A stretch of 62,527 bases of DNA, counting the filler. It is 15 parts of 15 records of this genome, joined end to end, with 100 filler letters (N's around TTAATTAATTAA, not from the genome) between each part and the next. Parts side by side here need not be neighbours in the genome. Positions count along the whole stretch, not along the records: positions 35,167 to 38,603 come from SRR11831585_1116; positions 38,704 to 41,167 come from SRR11831585_1132; positions 41,268 to 43,314 come from SRR11831585_1133; positions 43,415 to 48,670 come from SRR11831585_1138; positions 48,771 to 50,881 come from SRR11831585_1140; 10 more parts are not named here. One strand, 5' to 3'. Position numbers and translations under genes: made by a program. The stretch's first letter is position 1. Each line of letters begins with the position of its first letter. Below the pieces are notes generated by a model. The model did not search any database and had not been told where the DNA came from. It saw only the letters and a list, made by a program, of their open reading frames with translations. Positions 36,811-49,075 of the stretch are shown piece after piece.

Positions 36811-38442
36811 TTAGTGCTTCACAATGTACATATTCCGGGTATAGGTATTATCCAGCGGATCTTTGCCGGTATAGCCACCAACCCACGGTTTCACCAGACG
36901 CGCATTCACGTAGTAATAAACAGGAACAATGGCCGAATCCTTATCCAGCTGTTGTTCTGCTTTAGTGTACAGAGCTGTGCGCTGCGCCTCGTCAGTCACT
37001 TTCAGCGTTTCCGCCATAATGCTGTCAAAGGCCGGGCTCTTATAATGCGCGGTATTCATCGAGCTGTTCGAAAGCATGGTGTTCAGGAAGGAAGTTGGTT
37101 CGTTGTAGTCAGCACACCAGCCTGCACGGGCCACATCAAAAGTACCCTGGTGACGGGTGTCGAGGAACGTTTTCCACTCCTGGTTAACCAGTTTGACGTT
37201 TACACCAATGTTTTTCTTCCACAATGAAGAGGCAGCAATCGCCAGCTTTTTATGCAGATCGGAGGTGTTATACAACAGGTTGATGGTCAACGGTTTGTCT
37301 GCGGTATAACCCGCTTCAGCCAGCAGTTTTTTCGCTTCTTCGTTACGTTTTTCCTGGCTCCAGCCAAACCATTCTGGCTGAGTCAATTTTGCGCCATCAG
37401 TATACGGTGGAGTGTAACCATAGGCGGGCATGTTGCCCTGCGCTTTCACTTTATTAACAATGATATCGCGGTCCATACCTAGTTTCAGTGCGGTACGCAC
37501 ACGCACATCGTTGAATGGCGGTTTCTGGTTGTTAATTTCGTAATAGTAAGTGCACAGGTATGGATCAACGTGAACTTCGTCCGGGATCTCTTTTTTCAGC
37601 TTCTGGAACAATTCGATCGGCATGCTGTTATACGTCATGTCGATTTCACCACTACGGTAGCGGTTGACATCGGTAACTTCAGAAGCAATAGGCAAATAGG
37701 TTACCTGGTTAATAACGGTTTTCGCGTTGTTCCAGTAGGTCGGGCTGCGTTCAAGAACGATTCGTTCGTTTACGACCCAATCTTTTAAGGTATAGGCACC
37801 GTTGGTGACGATATTACCAGGCTGGGTCCATTTTTCGCCGAATTTCTCGATAGCGGCTTTTGGCACCGGTGAAGTTGATGGGTGAACAAGTAATTTATAG
37901 AAGTACGGAACGGGTTCACTTAAGGTGACTTCTAATGTGTGATCATCAATAGCTTTCACGCCGAGATCGGTAATCGGTTTTTTCCCTTCAAGAATTTCAT
38001 CAATACCGGCGATATGCCCATATTGCAGATAACTGGCATACGGAGAAGCAGTGTTCGGATCAACAGAACGTTGCCAGCTATACACAAAGTCTTGTGCTGT
38101 GACTGGCGTGCCATCAGACCATTTCGCATCTTTACGCAAATGGAAGGTCCAGACTTTCGCGTCTTTATTATCCCAGGATTCAGCGACGCCAGGTGCTGGA
38201 TGACCGTCAAGATCGCTGACCAGTAAGCCTTCAAACAGGTCTCGGCTGATATTAGACTCCGGAACACCTTCAATTTTGTGCGGATCTAATGACTGAACTT
38301 CTGAACCATTGTTACGTACCAGTGTTTGTTTTTCCGCCAGTGTGACGCCTGCGGGTACATCAGCTGCCAGCGCGACATTCCCTGCCATTAGCGCAGCCAG
38401 AACGCCAGCTGCTACTAAACTTCTCTTGGTGATGTTGGTCAT
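36811..38442 (-). CDS. oppA: Oligopeptide ABC transporter periplasmic binding protein OppA
   Basis: MTNITKRSLVAAGVLAALMAGNVALAADVPAG, 543 aa from ATG 38442 with GAGG RBS. An intergenic hairpin lies at about 36776-36803. Confidence 0.99.
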   Translation of the reverse strand: MTNITKRSLVAAGVLAALMAGNVALAADVPAGVTLAEKQTLVRNNGSEVQSLDPHKIEGVPESNISRDLFEGLLVSDLDGHPAPGVAESWDNKDAKVWTFHLRKDAKWSDGTPVTAQDFVYSWQRSVDPNTASPYASYLQYGHIAGIDEILEGKKPITDLGVKAIDDHTLEVTLSEPVPYFYKLLVHPSTSPVPKAAIEKFGEKWTQPGNIVTNGAYTLKDWVVNERIVLERSPTYWNNAKTVINQVTYLPIASEVTDVNRYRSGEIDMTYNSMPIELFQKLKKEIPDEVHVDPYLCTYYYEINNQKPPFNDVRVRTALKLGMDRDIIVNKVKAQGNMPAYGYTPPYTDGAKLTQPEWFGWSQEKRNEEAKKLLAEAGYTADKPLTINLLYNTSDLHKKLAIAASSLWKKNIGVNVKLVNQEWKTFLDTRHQGTFDVARAGWCADYNEPTSFLNTMLSNSSMNTAHYKSPAFDSIMAETLKVTDEAQRTALYTKAEQQLDKDSAIVPVYYYVNARLVKPWVGGYTGKDPLDNTYTRNMYIVKH

Positions 38443-38574
38443 TGTTTTTTGGACTCCCTCATTATAATTACTGGTATTAACCAGCATGTGTAATCCCGGA
38501 TTGGGACCCTGCACAGGCTCGGAGACTTTCTGCTGTCAGGTTACTTTATCGTTACGTATTACTATCACCGACTT

Positions 38575-38603
38575 GGTAATGACTCCAACTTATTGATAGT
38601 GTT
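38575..38603. mobile_element. IS1 terminal inverted repeat at contig end, about 130 bp upstream of oppA
   Basis: GGTAATGACTCCAACTTATTGATAGTGTT is an IS1 end; the contig breaks inside it. Confidence 0.9.
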
Positions 38604-39080
38604 NNNNNNNNNNNNNNNNNNNNNNNNNNNNNNNNNNNNNNNNNNNNTTAATTAATTAANNNNNNNNNNNNNNNNNNNNNNNNNNNNNNNNNNNNNNNNN
38701 NNNGAAAGTAAGAGCACAAGAATCATACACATATACAGAATATCTACACCTACACACACACACACCGTTCTCAGAGACAGACAACTTCCTGCGCACACAT
38801 ACAATTACACCTCATTCACCACGTCCTATCCAATACAAACACTACATACATTTGCATATGCATATACATTACATCAAGCAAACCCTCTACATATCGCTAC
38901 ACACGTAAAAGGACGGCACCACATTACACCATCATTGAACACAGGGGGAGAAGAGAAAGGGGTTGGATCTCATGCCGTCCCCACACAACTACACAAACAA
39001 TCCTCCGCATACTAACAAACACGCATACTATACGCATGCATGTACACACACACACGAAGACCCCACGTATAACACTCGCA

Positions 39081-39800
39081 TCACGCGCCCACCCCCACCC
39101 CACCATCCCCCTCTAACGGGACCGAATCCGCACAGACGCCCACATAGCCACACACATTCGCAGCCCGCGACCGCACATCCGCAATCAACGATCGAATGGC
39201 GTAGTTCGGGATCAGATCTCGATGAGGGAGCACTTGGTTGGTTAGCGGCGAACGGTTGTGGGTCTGTAGCCAGGTGGAGATAGAGGGGCGGTCGTAGGTG
39301 TGTCCGTCGGAGGCGACGACGGGGTCGCTCATGATGTCGAGCGAGATCGGGCACACACACTATCATTCACAGAAAGCACAGAAGGTTGGAAATTTGTTGG
39401 TGTTTGTTGTTGTTTCAAACGCGAAATTACCACTGTACGATGAGGTACATCCCACATTCACAGAAACATTACACCGACAAATCACACACGCATGAGCAGC
39501 AGCCACGCATCGACCCACACGGACGAACGGGGAAAAACACACACACACAAACATTCATGTACATGCATACCTGCGGTGGAAACTGCGACAAAGCGCTACG
39601 CAGCTGCTCTGTCTCCCGTTTGAGTGCGTTTATCTCCTCCGTCAGCAAAGCAACTGCGACGGACTCACGAGCAGGGAGAGCACGCGAACGTGAGATAGGC
39701 AGACCCGCTTGATTCAGAGCACGCGCAGTGGAAGAACCTAGGGGGAGTGCACGTTCACGTGAGCGATAGCGCACAGTACACACAGCGCACGCACACACAC
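39081..39800 (-). CDS. U-box E3 ligase-like protein with a short coiled coil; boundaries uncertain
   Basis: LLTEEINALKRETEQLRSALSQFPPQ|CVCPISLDIMSDPVVASDGHTYDRPSISTWLQTHNRSPLTNQVLPHRDLIPNYAIRSLI. Confidence 0.88.
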
Positions 39801-40385
39801 ACACGCACGCACACATATGAACACATAGCGACACAGAGAGAACGAACGGCGCAAGAAAGAAGAGGACCCGAAGCAGCGCTACACAATACAAAAATCAACC
39901 CTCAACCGAGGAAAACACCGTAATCTGTTGTACGCACCTGCGACTCGGAGGGACGTTACATCCAGTATGGCACCAAGACCAACACGCTTTCCCTGCGAAG
40001 GAGAGTCCACTAGCCCGCATGCACACGGATAAGAACCACGGCAGTGAACGACGAGGCAGAGAGAAACGTACCTCGCAGAAAGGGAACAGTAGAGCACTGA
40101 ATCGAGTCCGGCCAAGGTGAACGGGAGGCACAGTGAGAATTGGCAGCCGAGTGGTGGTCGCCAAAGCCCGCGTCTAATCAACACAGTCAGTTTTCCCTTA
40201 AACACCCTGCGTGGGAGTGATTACAACATACCACCTTGCTGAACCACTGACGCGGCCTTCGGGACGGTTTCGGAGAAGGCTCGACCTACGGCACCATCAT
40301 CGATTAACAACTGAGGAAATGACAGATCAAAGAACAAAACACACCGAGGACGGATGTTGGGATCCGGTTAACTTGCAGAGTACGT

Positions 40386-41167
40386 GTGACAGCGCGCACG
40401 AGGCGCGACGACGCCGATGCGAAAATCCGTCCCCACATGGATACGTCGCAACGCTACCTGGATGGTACTAAGGTTGAAGAAACGTTGGTTCGTCACTCAG
40501 AGGTCGATCACGAAGCACACAAACTTGAGAAATCGCAGGAAAACTGCGATATATGGTGCGATTCGTGCGAATAGACCAAGCGGATTAAAACCCGCGCCAT
40601 TCCTGTCAGGAAATATCTGACATTGCGATTTTGGACACCAGTTGGCGCTGAACATTTTGAGGATTCAAAATCTGTATATTCTCAAGGACATCCTGTGTGC
40701 CAACTCGTGCTGAAACAATCGCAAAATGATTCCGTGTTGATGTAGATTGCAACAATGCAACAAGCATTCGCTGCCATTGAAAGCGTGCTGAATGCTCAGG
40801 TTTGTCTCAAAATGAATGTTTGCGTTGCACGCTAATAAGGACGGATACAGATTTCGGAGGAGAAAGCACGCTTTCAAAAACTGCATGAAGATTTTGTGTA
40901 CAACTTGCAGTTGTTGGATGAGCGAGACGCCGAGCTACAGCGCGACGCGGATATCATCAATCACTTGGAGAATATCATCCGCGATCGGTATGACACGCAT
41001 TCTTGGCACTCGTTTCCTCATCATCTTGCAGGGACCGAATCATCAGCGAGCAGAAGCTGGAGATTACCGATCTTCTCTTAGAAAGAGACAGAGAGCGTGA
41101 CAAATCTACCGAATCGGAGGCGCGCTTTCAATCCAAGCTGCAGATGCTGCGTGAGCGGCTCGCCGCT
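40386..41167 (+). CDS. Hypothetical coiled-coil protein, multi-exon, 3'-partial
   Basis: Short exons with heptad character, for example LLDERDAELQRDADIINHLENIIRDR and EQKLEITDLLLERDRERDK...LQMLRERLAA. Confidence 0.5.
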
Positions 41168-41267
41168 NNNNNNNNNNNNNNNNNNNNNNNNNNNNNNNNN
41201 NNNNNNNNNNNTTAATTAATTAANNNNNNNNNNNNNNNNNNNNNNNNNNNNNNNNNNNNNNNNNNNN

Positions 41268-43314
41268 TGCTTGAGGTCGCTCTTCATGGAGGCGGGCACC
41301 AGCGACAGCAGCGCACGGACAATGTACAGACACAGCAGCTGCGACTCCGGGTCGGACACGTGTCTGGGTGCAGACACAATGCGTTCGATGAAGGAAGAGG
41401 CGAGCGAGGGCAGAACAGACCCCACAAACACCTGTACGGCACTGCGGTCGTCATCGTTCACCAGGGACGATGCACGCAGGGCCAGGTCCGGGTGCAGGAG
41501 CGGGTACGAGTCTGCTGTCAGAGAGGACGGCAGCGTGGTGGTCACGATCTGACGCAGAAAGTACGCCACCGTTTCCAGCCACCCTACGGTCGCGGATGAT
41601 TGCAGGTCGGCGTGTTCCCAGTCCTCTGGTATGCGGGCCTGCACCAGGGTCGCGTAGAGAGACTGATAGAACACGCTGCCGCTCATCAGCAACGACACAA
41701 TCCGTCCACGGGTGGCGGTCATCTGTGACATGCAAAAGTCAAAATAATGACTGTCACAGACACCGAAAAGGTCTCCCCGTGCGCCCCCGGCTGCGGTGCG
41801 CTCTGCGAACGCGTTGGAGAGGAGGGCCAGCACGAGAGAGTCCAGGGCTTCCGACGGTTGTGTGCGGGAGAGTGTGAGCAAGTGTACAAACGCCTGCCGC
41901 CGGGTCTCCGCCACTGTGGCCTCTGCGGGGACATGCTCGAACGGTGTGTTGTTGTGCGCAGACACGAGGTCCTCCCGCGCAACCCACTGCTCCGTCTCCA
42001 CCGCGACCAGCGGGGGTACTTGTGTGAACAGCCGCCCGCCTGCTGCAAGCCGGATCACAAGCGGATGCGAAAGAATGTCTGACAGTGCCGGGTGCGCTCG
42101 AGACGGACCGGCGCTGGTGTGTGCGTCGGCGAGAGCCGCTGTGGCTGATCGTTTGCGTTTCTTGAGAAACACGGCCAGCTCTGCTTGTTCGGTGGAGGCC
42201 GAGGGAGGTTGTTTGAGGGCCAGGGCATGGGCAGCGATGGCGGAGAGGACGACAGCCGCGAGACGGGCCTGTCGTGCGGGTGTCATGTGCGGGTGCAGCA
42301 GCCACGCGAAGCGGATGATCTGGAACACAACAGCAGCCATACCGATCAATCAGCACGAGCGGAGGGGCGCGCATTACCAGATGAAGTACGAACAGCCAAC
42401 ACAGGACCGCACACAAATGTTCCGAATACCCAAAAACAAGGCAACAAAGGTCCGTACCTCGGAAGCGAACGGATGGCGATCGACCGATAGAGCTTCCTGC
42501 AGAGCCACGTCCAGCTGCTCATAAAAGTGTTGAAGGCGCAGAGGATGGACGACGTGCGCCAACTGCAGCAACATGTGCAAAGTATCTGCACACACACAGG
42601 GTCAAACGCGACGGAGTGAGTCGCACATCAAAACAAACAAGCGAAGCAGTCTATAACTTAATCACGCTGTCAGGATCGGACTTCATGTGAGTGGTGGGAG
42701 ATAGGATACTGTTATATCGAACGTACTAAACAGAAGGAGCTCACGCGATGCGGCATGGCTCAGAGGGGACGCCGACGACAGCGCGGTCATGAGCACGGGA
42801 TGGTTGAGAAGCGGGTCTGTGACTTGCACATCGCCGTGGTGTTGCAATGCGATGGCAGTGAGCGCGTCAAACACAAACACCAGTGCGATCGCGAGCTCCT
42901 GCTCCGTCTACGGGCCCACAGTGAGATTCGTACAGCACCAGAACGTTTTCATTGCACAGAGAGATACAGCGAGAGAGATACAGCGATACTCAGTACGAGA
43001 ACAACAAACACATAAACCGGAGAAGTAAAGTAATGCGTCATTACACCATGCACGCAGAGCAGCAGCGACAGTGAGACGCACCATGTGCTCGCACACAGAC
43101 AGTAACCGAGCCAGGAGGAAGAGCAACCGTTGAACAGTGCGGGTAGCAGCATCAACAGTCGTGCCCCGTGACAGAACAGTTCGCACAACATCTTGCACAG
43201 CAGCGCATGCCAGCCATGACGGCTGCAGCACGGAGAGAAGCGTATCGACCGTGATGTCGTCCGTTGCTAGGGCGGGTGCGGTTTTGGAGGGGTGCGCTGC
43301 TTGACGACTGAGGG
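41268..43314 (-). CDS. Hypothetical Leu/Ala-rich helical protein, multi-exon, partial at both ends
   Basis: Long open exon 41268-42349 plus upstream exons with GT-AG boundaries. Contains a KKRKR possible NLS. No family recognised. Confidence 0.55.
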
Positions 43315-43414
43315 NNNNNNNNNNNNNNNNNNNNNNNNNNNNNNNNNNNNNNNNNNNNTTAATTAATTAANNNNNNNNNNNNNNNNNNNNNNNNNNNNNN
43401 NNNNNNNNNNNNNN

Positions 43415-44183
43415 CTAGATCGCCCGCTTCCGGCAATTGTTCATACAACTCTGAAAGCATCCACAGCAGGCTGGCGGCGTACAGTTTCGGCATCTGATAA
43501 AGTTTCTCGGCGCTGAGGATATTGATAACGCCTTTACCGTTGGCATCGGTGCGCATCCAGTCTTTGATATCCAGCATCGGCTCACCAAAGAAGTGTGCTG
43601 CGCCTTGCTGTTCCAGCGACAACAGCCCGCGCTGGATGGCACCAACCGATGCGCTACTGATATTACCGTACTGATTCTGGAAGGATTTGGCGTTATCGCC
43701 GATGTACTGGGTAATTGCCCGCAGATCTTTAAAGTCGAGCAGTAACAGCCCCTGATCGTCAGCAATGCGGAAGATGATATTCAGCACGCCAGATTGCACA
43801 TCGTTGAGATTCAACAGTCGTGCCAGCAACAGCGGCCCCAGATCCGAAACCGTCGCCCGCACCGGATGGCCTTTCTCGCCAAAGATATCCCACATCACCA
43901 CCGGATTGGCATGCGGTTGCCAGTCATTGACGCCGATATTTTTAAGCCTTGCGAGCAGTTTTTCCGACACCGTTCCTGCCTGCGCGACGCCGGTCAGATC
44001 GCCTTTCACATCAGCCATAAACACCGGCACGCCGATTTCCGACAATGACTCCGCCAGTTTTTGCAGCGTAACGGTTTTACCCGTCCCCGTTGCGCCGGTA
44101 ATCAGCCCATGACGGTTAGCCATTCCCGGCAGTAAAAACAGTTCTGTGTCCGGCGTGCGGGCAATTAACAGGGGTTCACTCAT
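43415..44183 (-). CDS. yjgR: HerA-like ATPase YjgR (DUF853), 3'-partial
   Basis: [15 protein letters not shown] Walker A and ADVKGDL; downstream of idnR. Confidence 0.96.
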
Positions 44184-44260
44184 GAGATATCCTCCAGTTT
44201 CCTGCCTGGAGTATAGGCAACGTCCGGCAAAGAGAATACGTGTAATGAAGAGAAAATAAC

Positions 44261-45259
44261 CTAAAGCGTGTTGCCGTGATAAATCTGATACCCGAGGTCA
44301 ACAGTGTTGTGGTTGTGATCGTTATTTTTAATTTTGCTCAGCAACATTTGGGCGGCCATCCGACCAATATCAAAACGGGGAGTAATTACGCTGGCGAGGC
44401 TTGGGATCATTTGCCTGCCAATCTCCAGCCCATGAAAACCCGCAATGGAAATTTGTTCTGGCACGGCGAGGTTTCGCTCGCGGCACAGCAGAAGCGCACC
44501 CATCGCAATATCGTCATTGGTGCAAAATACACCGTCTAAATCCGGGTTTGCGCTAAGGGCATCACGCATTAACTGCATTCCTAAATGAATGGATGAGATG
44601 GCGCGTGGATTCATGCGTAATGGGGAAAGATTATGCAGCATCATCGCATCGCAATACCCCTGATAACGCTGTTCATCGCGGGTGTCATCTTTGGAACCGA
44701 GATACAGAATTTTGTGCCTGACTCGCTTCTCCAGCATGGTACACACCATGTCAAAAGCGGCCTGCCGATTATCAAAACCGACCTCCATATCCAGCCGTTC
44801 TCCCTGTACATCCATCAATTCCACGACCGGAATGGTGGCTGAACGCAGAAATTTCACCGTCCTGATGGTGTGATATTTTTCCGAAAGTATAATCCCGTCA
44901 ATGTTATAAGAGAGCAGGTTAATCACCGACTCTTCTTCGGAATCGCGATCGTAATTGTAATTAGCAATAAGGGTCTGATAATTATGCTCAGAGGTGACGG
45001 ATTCTATTCCCGCGAGAATGTCAGCGAAGAGTTGATTTTGAAATGACGGAATCAAGATACCGAGGGTATAACTTTGTGCATTCAACAACATGCCGGGAGC
45101 GCGATTAGGGATATAATTGATCTCTTCCATAATTTTGGCGATGCGCTCGCCTGTTTCCTTTGCCACCTTTTTCGGCGAGCGGATATAACGACTCACGGTC
45201 ATTTTTGTTACGCCAGCCAGCGTAGCGATATCCTGTAAAGAAATTCTGTGATTGCGCAT
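44261..45259 (-). CDS. idnR: L-idonate regulator IdnR
   Basis: [25 protein letters not shown], LacI family, 332 aa. Confidence 0.97.
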   Translation of the reverse strand: MRNHRISLQDIATLAGVTKMTVSRYIRSPKKVAKETGERIAKIMEEINYIPNRAPGMLLNAQSYTLGILIPSFQNQLFADILAGIESVTSEHNYQTLIANYNYDRDSEEESVINLLSYNIDGIILSEKYHTIRTVKFLRSATIPVVELMDVQGERLDMEVGFDNRQAAFDMVCTMLEKRVRHKILYLGSKDDTRDEQRYQGYCDAMMLHNLSPLRMNPRAISSIHLGMQLMRDALSANPDLDGVFCTNDDIAMGALLLCRERNLAVPEQISIAGFHGLEIGRQMIPSLASVITPRFDIGRMAAQMLLSKIKNNDHNHNTVDLGYQIYHGNTL

Positions 45260-45325
45260 AACTTCTCCCAACGTCGGGGGAATCTTCAATCTTCCCCCGA
45301 AACTACATCACAATATTTTATTCTT

Positions 45326-46645
45326 TCAGTGCAATACGGCGTTAATGGCTAACACGCCCAGCAAACCCATAATAGAAATAAGGGTTTCCATCACCGTCCA
45401 GGTACGCAACGTTTCACCAACCGTCAGATTAAAATACCCTTTAAATAGCCAGAAGCCAGGGTCGTTTACGTGTGACGCGATCACGCTGCCCGCACCGGTT
45501 GCCAGTACCATTAAAGCGGGATCGGCATGGGTAACGTTGATAATCGGCAACACCACACCCGCGGTGGTAATGGCCGCGACGGTGGCAGAGCCCAGAGCGA
45601 TACGCAACAGCGCCGCAACAGTCCAGCACATCAATAACGGCGAAAGTGTAGTTCCGGTCATTAAGTGTGAAATATAGTGCCCGACACCGCTATCTACTAA
45701 TACCTGCTTAAACGCGCCGCCGCCAGCGATAATAAACACAATCATCGCGATAGCGCCTATAGAATCCCCAATGATATCCATGATTTGCTCGATGGTGCGT
45801 CCATTACGTCGGCCCAGTGTGAAAATCGCAATAACAATGGCAATAAACAGCGCAACGGCAGGGTTACCGACAAATTCAAAGAAGAGGCGCACGGTGTTAG
45901 TTTTCGGTAACGTAATTTCACAAACGGCGGCGATAGCCATCAGGATGACCGGGATCACGGCAGCGAAAATACTGTTCCAGAAGGAGGGCATCTCCTCTTC
46001 GCTAAACAGATGAGGATTAAATAAGCCTTCCGGTGGTGCTTTCTCAAAGCGAGTTAGCAGTTTAGAAAACAGCGGTCCTGCGACAATAACTGTCGGAATG
46101 GTAATGATAAATCCATACAGTAAAGTCGTTCCGAGATTAGCCTCAAAGATAGTCGCGATGGCAGTAGGCCCTGGATGTGGCGGCAGAAAACAGTGGGTTA
46201 CAGAGAGCGCTGCTACCATTGGTACGCCAACATACAACAGGGGTAATCCTGATGATGCTACGATGGTAAATACCAACGGCAACAGCAGGACAAAACCCAC
46301 TTCAAAAAACATGGCGAGGCCCACAACCAGACCGGTGATCACTAGCGCCCATTGCACGCGTTTTTTACCAAAAGTAGCAATCAGCGTAGTGGCGATACGT
46401 TGTGCCGCACCCGTATCAGAAATCAGCTTGCCTAACATGGCCCCGAAACCGAGGATCATTGCCAGCCCGCCGAGCGTGCTGCCGATACCATTTTGTATAG
46501 AGTGCAGGACGGCCTGTGCATCCATCCCTTCGGCAAATCCGACGACGGCAGCTACCAGAACGAGGGCAATAAAGCCGTTAACTTTAAAGCCGATCATCAG
46601 GATAAGAAGCAGCGCGACGCCTGCCGCAATAATGATTAATGGCAT
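45326..46645 (-). CDS. idnT: L-idonate/gluconate transporter IdnT
   Basis: 439 aa GntP family with PPHPGP and SHVNDPGFW. Confidence 0.98.
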   Translation of the reverse strand: MPLIIIAAGVALLLILMIGFKVNGFIALVLVAAVVGFAEGMDAQAVLHSIQNGIGSTLGGLAMILGFGAMLGKLISDTGAAQRIATTLIATFGKKRVQWALVITGLVVGLAMFFEVGFVLLLPLVFTIVASSGLPLLYVGVPMVAALSVTHCFLPPHPGPTAIATIFEANLGTTLLYGFIITIPTVIVAGPLFSKLLTRFEKAPPEGLFNPHLFSEEEMPSFWNSIFAAVIPVILMAIAAVCEITLPKTNTVRLFFEFVGNPAVALFIAIVIAIFTLGRRNGRTIEQIMDIIGDSIGAIAMIVFIIAGGGAFKQVLVDSGVGHYISHLMTGTTLSPLLMCWTVAALLRIALGSATVAAITTAGVVLPIINVTHADPALMVLATGAGSVIASHVNDPGFWLFKGYFNLTVGETLRTWTVMETLISIMGLLGVLAINAVLH

Positions 46646-46706
46646 AGTCTTTATCTCTTATTAGTGCCAGAAAAGCAGCGCTTTCGCGCTGCACGTAGGG
46701 GGGCTG

Positions 46707-47471
46707 TTAAACAGCCACTAACATGCCGCCATCAACAAACAACAGGTGGCCGTTTACGAAATCAGAGGCTTTTGAAGAAAGGAACACCGCAGCACCAATC
46801 AGTTCCTGCGGATCTCCCCAGCGTGCGGCGGGGGTCCGTTTGCACAACCAGGCGGTGAAGGCTTCGTCCTCAACCAGTGCTTTAGTCATTTCTGTTTTGA
46901 AATAGCCCGGCGCAATACCGTTGACCTGAATATTGTGGCGCGCCAGCTCGACGCACATGCCGCGGGTGAGCATTTTTACCGCCCCTTTCGATGCGGCATA
47001 AGGGGTGATGGTGTCACGTCCCAGTTCGCTTTGCATCGAGCAAATATTAATAACTTTACCTGCCTTGCGTTCAACCATGTGACGAGTTACCGCTTGCGAT
47101 ACCAGGAACACGGCGGTCTGGTTTACTGCGATCACATCATTCCACTCTTGTTCAGGGAACTCAGTAAAAGGATGACGGCGCTGGATACCGGCGTTATTCA
47201 CCAGCACATCAATGGGGCCGATGTCCTTTTCGATATGTTCAACGGCGGCATCAATTTCATGTTTATGAGTAACATTAAAAGGTGCGGCAACGGCCTGAAT
47301 ACCCTCCTGGTGGAGTTTTTCTACAGCAAGTTCTGCGCGTTCGGCAGTAATATCATTAATAATTATTTGTGCGCCATATTTACCCAGGCCGGTTGCCAGT
47401 AAAAAGCCAATGCCCTGTGCTGAACCGGTAATCAAGATATTTTTTCCTGCCAGTGAAAATAGATCGTTCAT
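46707..47471 (-). CDS. idnO: 5-keto-D-gluconate 5-reductase IdnO
   Basis: 254 aa SDR with TGSAQGIG, NNAG and YAASK. Confidence 0.98.
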   Translation of the reverse strand: MNDLFSLAGKNILITGSAQGIGFLLATGLGKYGAQIIINDITAERAELAVEKLHQEGIQAVAAPFNVTHKHEIDAAVEHIEKDIGPIDVLVNNAGIQRRHPFTEFPEQEWNDVIAVNQTAVFLVSQAVTRHMVERKAGKVINICSMQSELGRDTITPYAASKGAVKMLTRGMCVELARHNIQVNGIAPGYFKTEMTKALVEDEAFTAWLCKRTPAARWGDPQELIGAAVFLSSKASDFVNGHLLFVDGGMLVAV

Positions 47472-47494
47472 TGTATTATTCCTTTATTTATCTC

Positions 47495-48526
47495 TTAGAA
47501 AACAAGCTGGACTTTTGCTGCCTGGGTTTTATCACCGGCGAAACGTAGCGCCTCTTCCAGGTCAGTGAAGGGATATTCAGCACTCAGTAAAGGCAGTGGA
47601 TTGATAACGCCATTCGCCAGCCATGACACTGCGGTATTAAATTCGCTGGTAAAACGGAAAGAGCCTCTGAGTGAAATCTCCTTACCAATCAACGTCATCA
47701 TTGGGAATTCTGCCATCGCGCCTCCCATACCTACCTGCACCATTACGCCGCGTGCACGAGTGACCTCCAGACAGGTATTCACTGATGAAGGATGACCGGA
47801 CACTTCAAAGCTGACATCGAAATAGCCTTTTTCCGCTTTCCAGTGATCCATGTCGTCGTTTTGTGGGTTTACGAGCACATCCGCCCCCATCTCTTTGCCC
47901 AGCGAAAGGGAACGGGGACTCACATCAGCACAGACAATTTCCGCGGCCCCCAGTGTTTTCACTGCACTGACAATCAGGCAGCCAATGGGTCCAACACCGG
48001 AAATAAATACTCGCTTGCCCTGTAACTCGCCGGCCTGATGTGCGGCATGAATCGCGACGGCTAAAGGTTCGGCAAAAGCCATAACCTTTTCGTCAGCTTT
48101 GGCCGGATAAGGGACACATTGCGACGTTTCGACCATTTTATAACGGGTAAAACCACCATCAACATGAGGGAAATACATGGCACTGCCAAAAAAACGCATA
48201 TCTGTACACTGATTCTCGTTATGTTCAATGCAGTATTTGCAGTGACCGCACGGTTTAGACGGATTAATGGCTACCGTTTGCCCTTCATGTAATTCTGATG
48301 AGTCGCTATGAATAACTTTACCGATAACTTCATGACCTAACACCATCGGTGCCTTTATCATGAAATTACCTACTTTTCCTTCCTGATAATAATGTAAATC
48401 GGAACCGCAAATTCCACCTCGGGTTATTTGTACTAATGTTCCATTATTATTCCAATCTATCGTCTGCTCGGTAACGGCAACAGTTTTCTTGCCCGCAACA
48501 ACGCAGGACTGTGTTTTCACTTGCAT
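47495..48526 (-). CDS. idnD: L-idonate 5-dehydrogenase IdnD
   Basis: 343 aa Zn-dependent dehydrogenase with GICGSD, GHE and GVGPIG. Confidence 0.98.
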   Translation of the reverse strand: MQVKTQSCVVAGKKTVAVTEQTIDWNNNGTLVQITRGGICGSDLHYYQEGKVGNFMIKAPMVLGHEVIGKVIHSDSSELHEGQTVAINPSKPCGHCKYCIEHNENQCTDMRFFGSAMYFPHVDGGFTRYKMVETSQCVPYPAKADEKVMAFAEPLAVAIHAAHQAGELQGKRVFISGVGPIGCLIVSAVKTLGAAEIVCADVSPRSLSLGKEMGADVLVNPQNDDMDHWKAEKGYFDVSFEVSGHPSSVNTCLEVTRARGVMVQVGMGGAMAEFPMMTLIGKEISLRGSFRFTSEFNTAVSWLANGVINPLPLLSAEYPFTDLEEALRFAGDKTQAAKVQLVF

Positions 48527-48585
48527 AAATTCCTCACTGGTCAGGTAGACACCTCGGAAGCATTTAAGCGGTTTTAACTGTCATT

Positions 48586-48641
48586 ATTTGTGATGAAGAT
48601 CACGTCAGAAAATTGTTATATTACTATGTTACGCATAACGT
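48586..48641. promoter_or_regulatory. CRP site and GntR/IdnR-type operator upstream of idnD
   Basis: TGTGA-N6-TCACG at 48589-48604 and ATGTTA-CGCA-TAACGT at 48626-48641. Confidence 0.7.
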
Positions 48642-48770
48642 GATGTGCCTTGTAATTCTTATCAGTAGAANNNNNNNNNNNNNNNNNNNNNNNNNNNNNN
48701 NNNNNNNNNNNNNNTTAATTAATTAANNNNNNNNNNNNNNNNNNNNNNNNNNNNNNNNNNNNNNNNNNNN

Positions 48771-48958
48771 CCCTGTTGGACCGGATGGTGTTTTTCACGT
48801 CGGAACTCATGCATGAGGTGCGGCCCGCTTACAAGCCGCGCATGGCAGTGACGGGATGGTACTACGGACCCGACGCACTGCAGTTTGCGCGCACGGAGGA
48901 GACACACGATGCAGGTGCTGCTGGTGGTGGCGATGATTCTGCCGCTGCCGCACAGTAG
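48771..48958 (+). CDS. 2OG-Fe(II) oxygenase (prolyl-4-hydroxylase-like) C-terminus, 5'-partial
   Basis: PLLDRMVFFTSELMHEVRPAYKPRMAVTGWY contains the distal His and the R-x-A-x-T-x-W motif. Confidence 0.8.
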
Positions 48959-49075
48959 GGAGAAAGAACGCTACGACAGTAGGTGTGATGGGGATATCGG
49001 ACGGGGTACGGGTGAACTGCGAGCCGACGTCACACATCCACACACATACACACAGCAGTTTACAGCACGTGGTTT

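Noticed and set aside
36811-38514. 567-aa OppA with an N-terminal extension, and similarly the 342-aa IdnR
   Set aside because: These are upstream near-cognate starts chosen by the ORF caller. The RBS and signal peptide support ATG 38442 (and 45259 for idnR).
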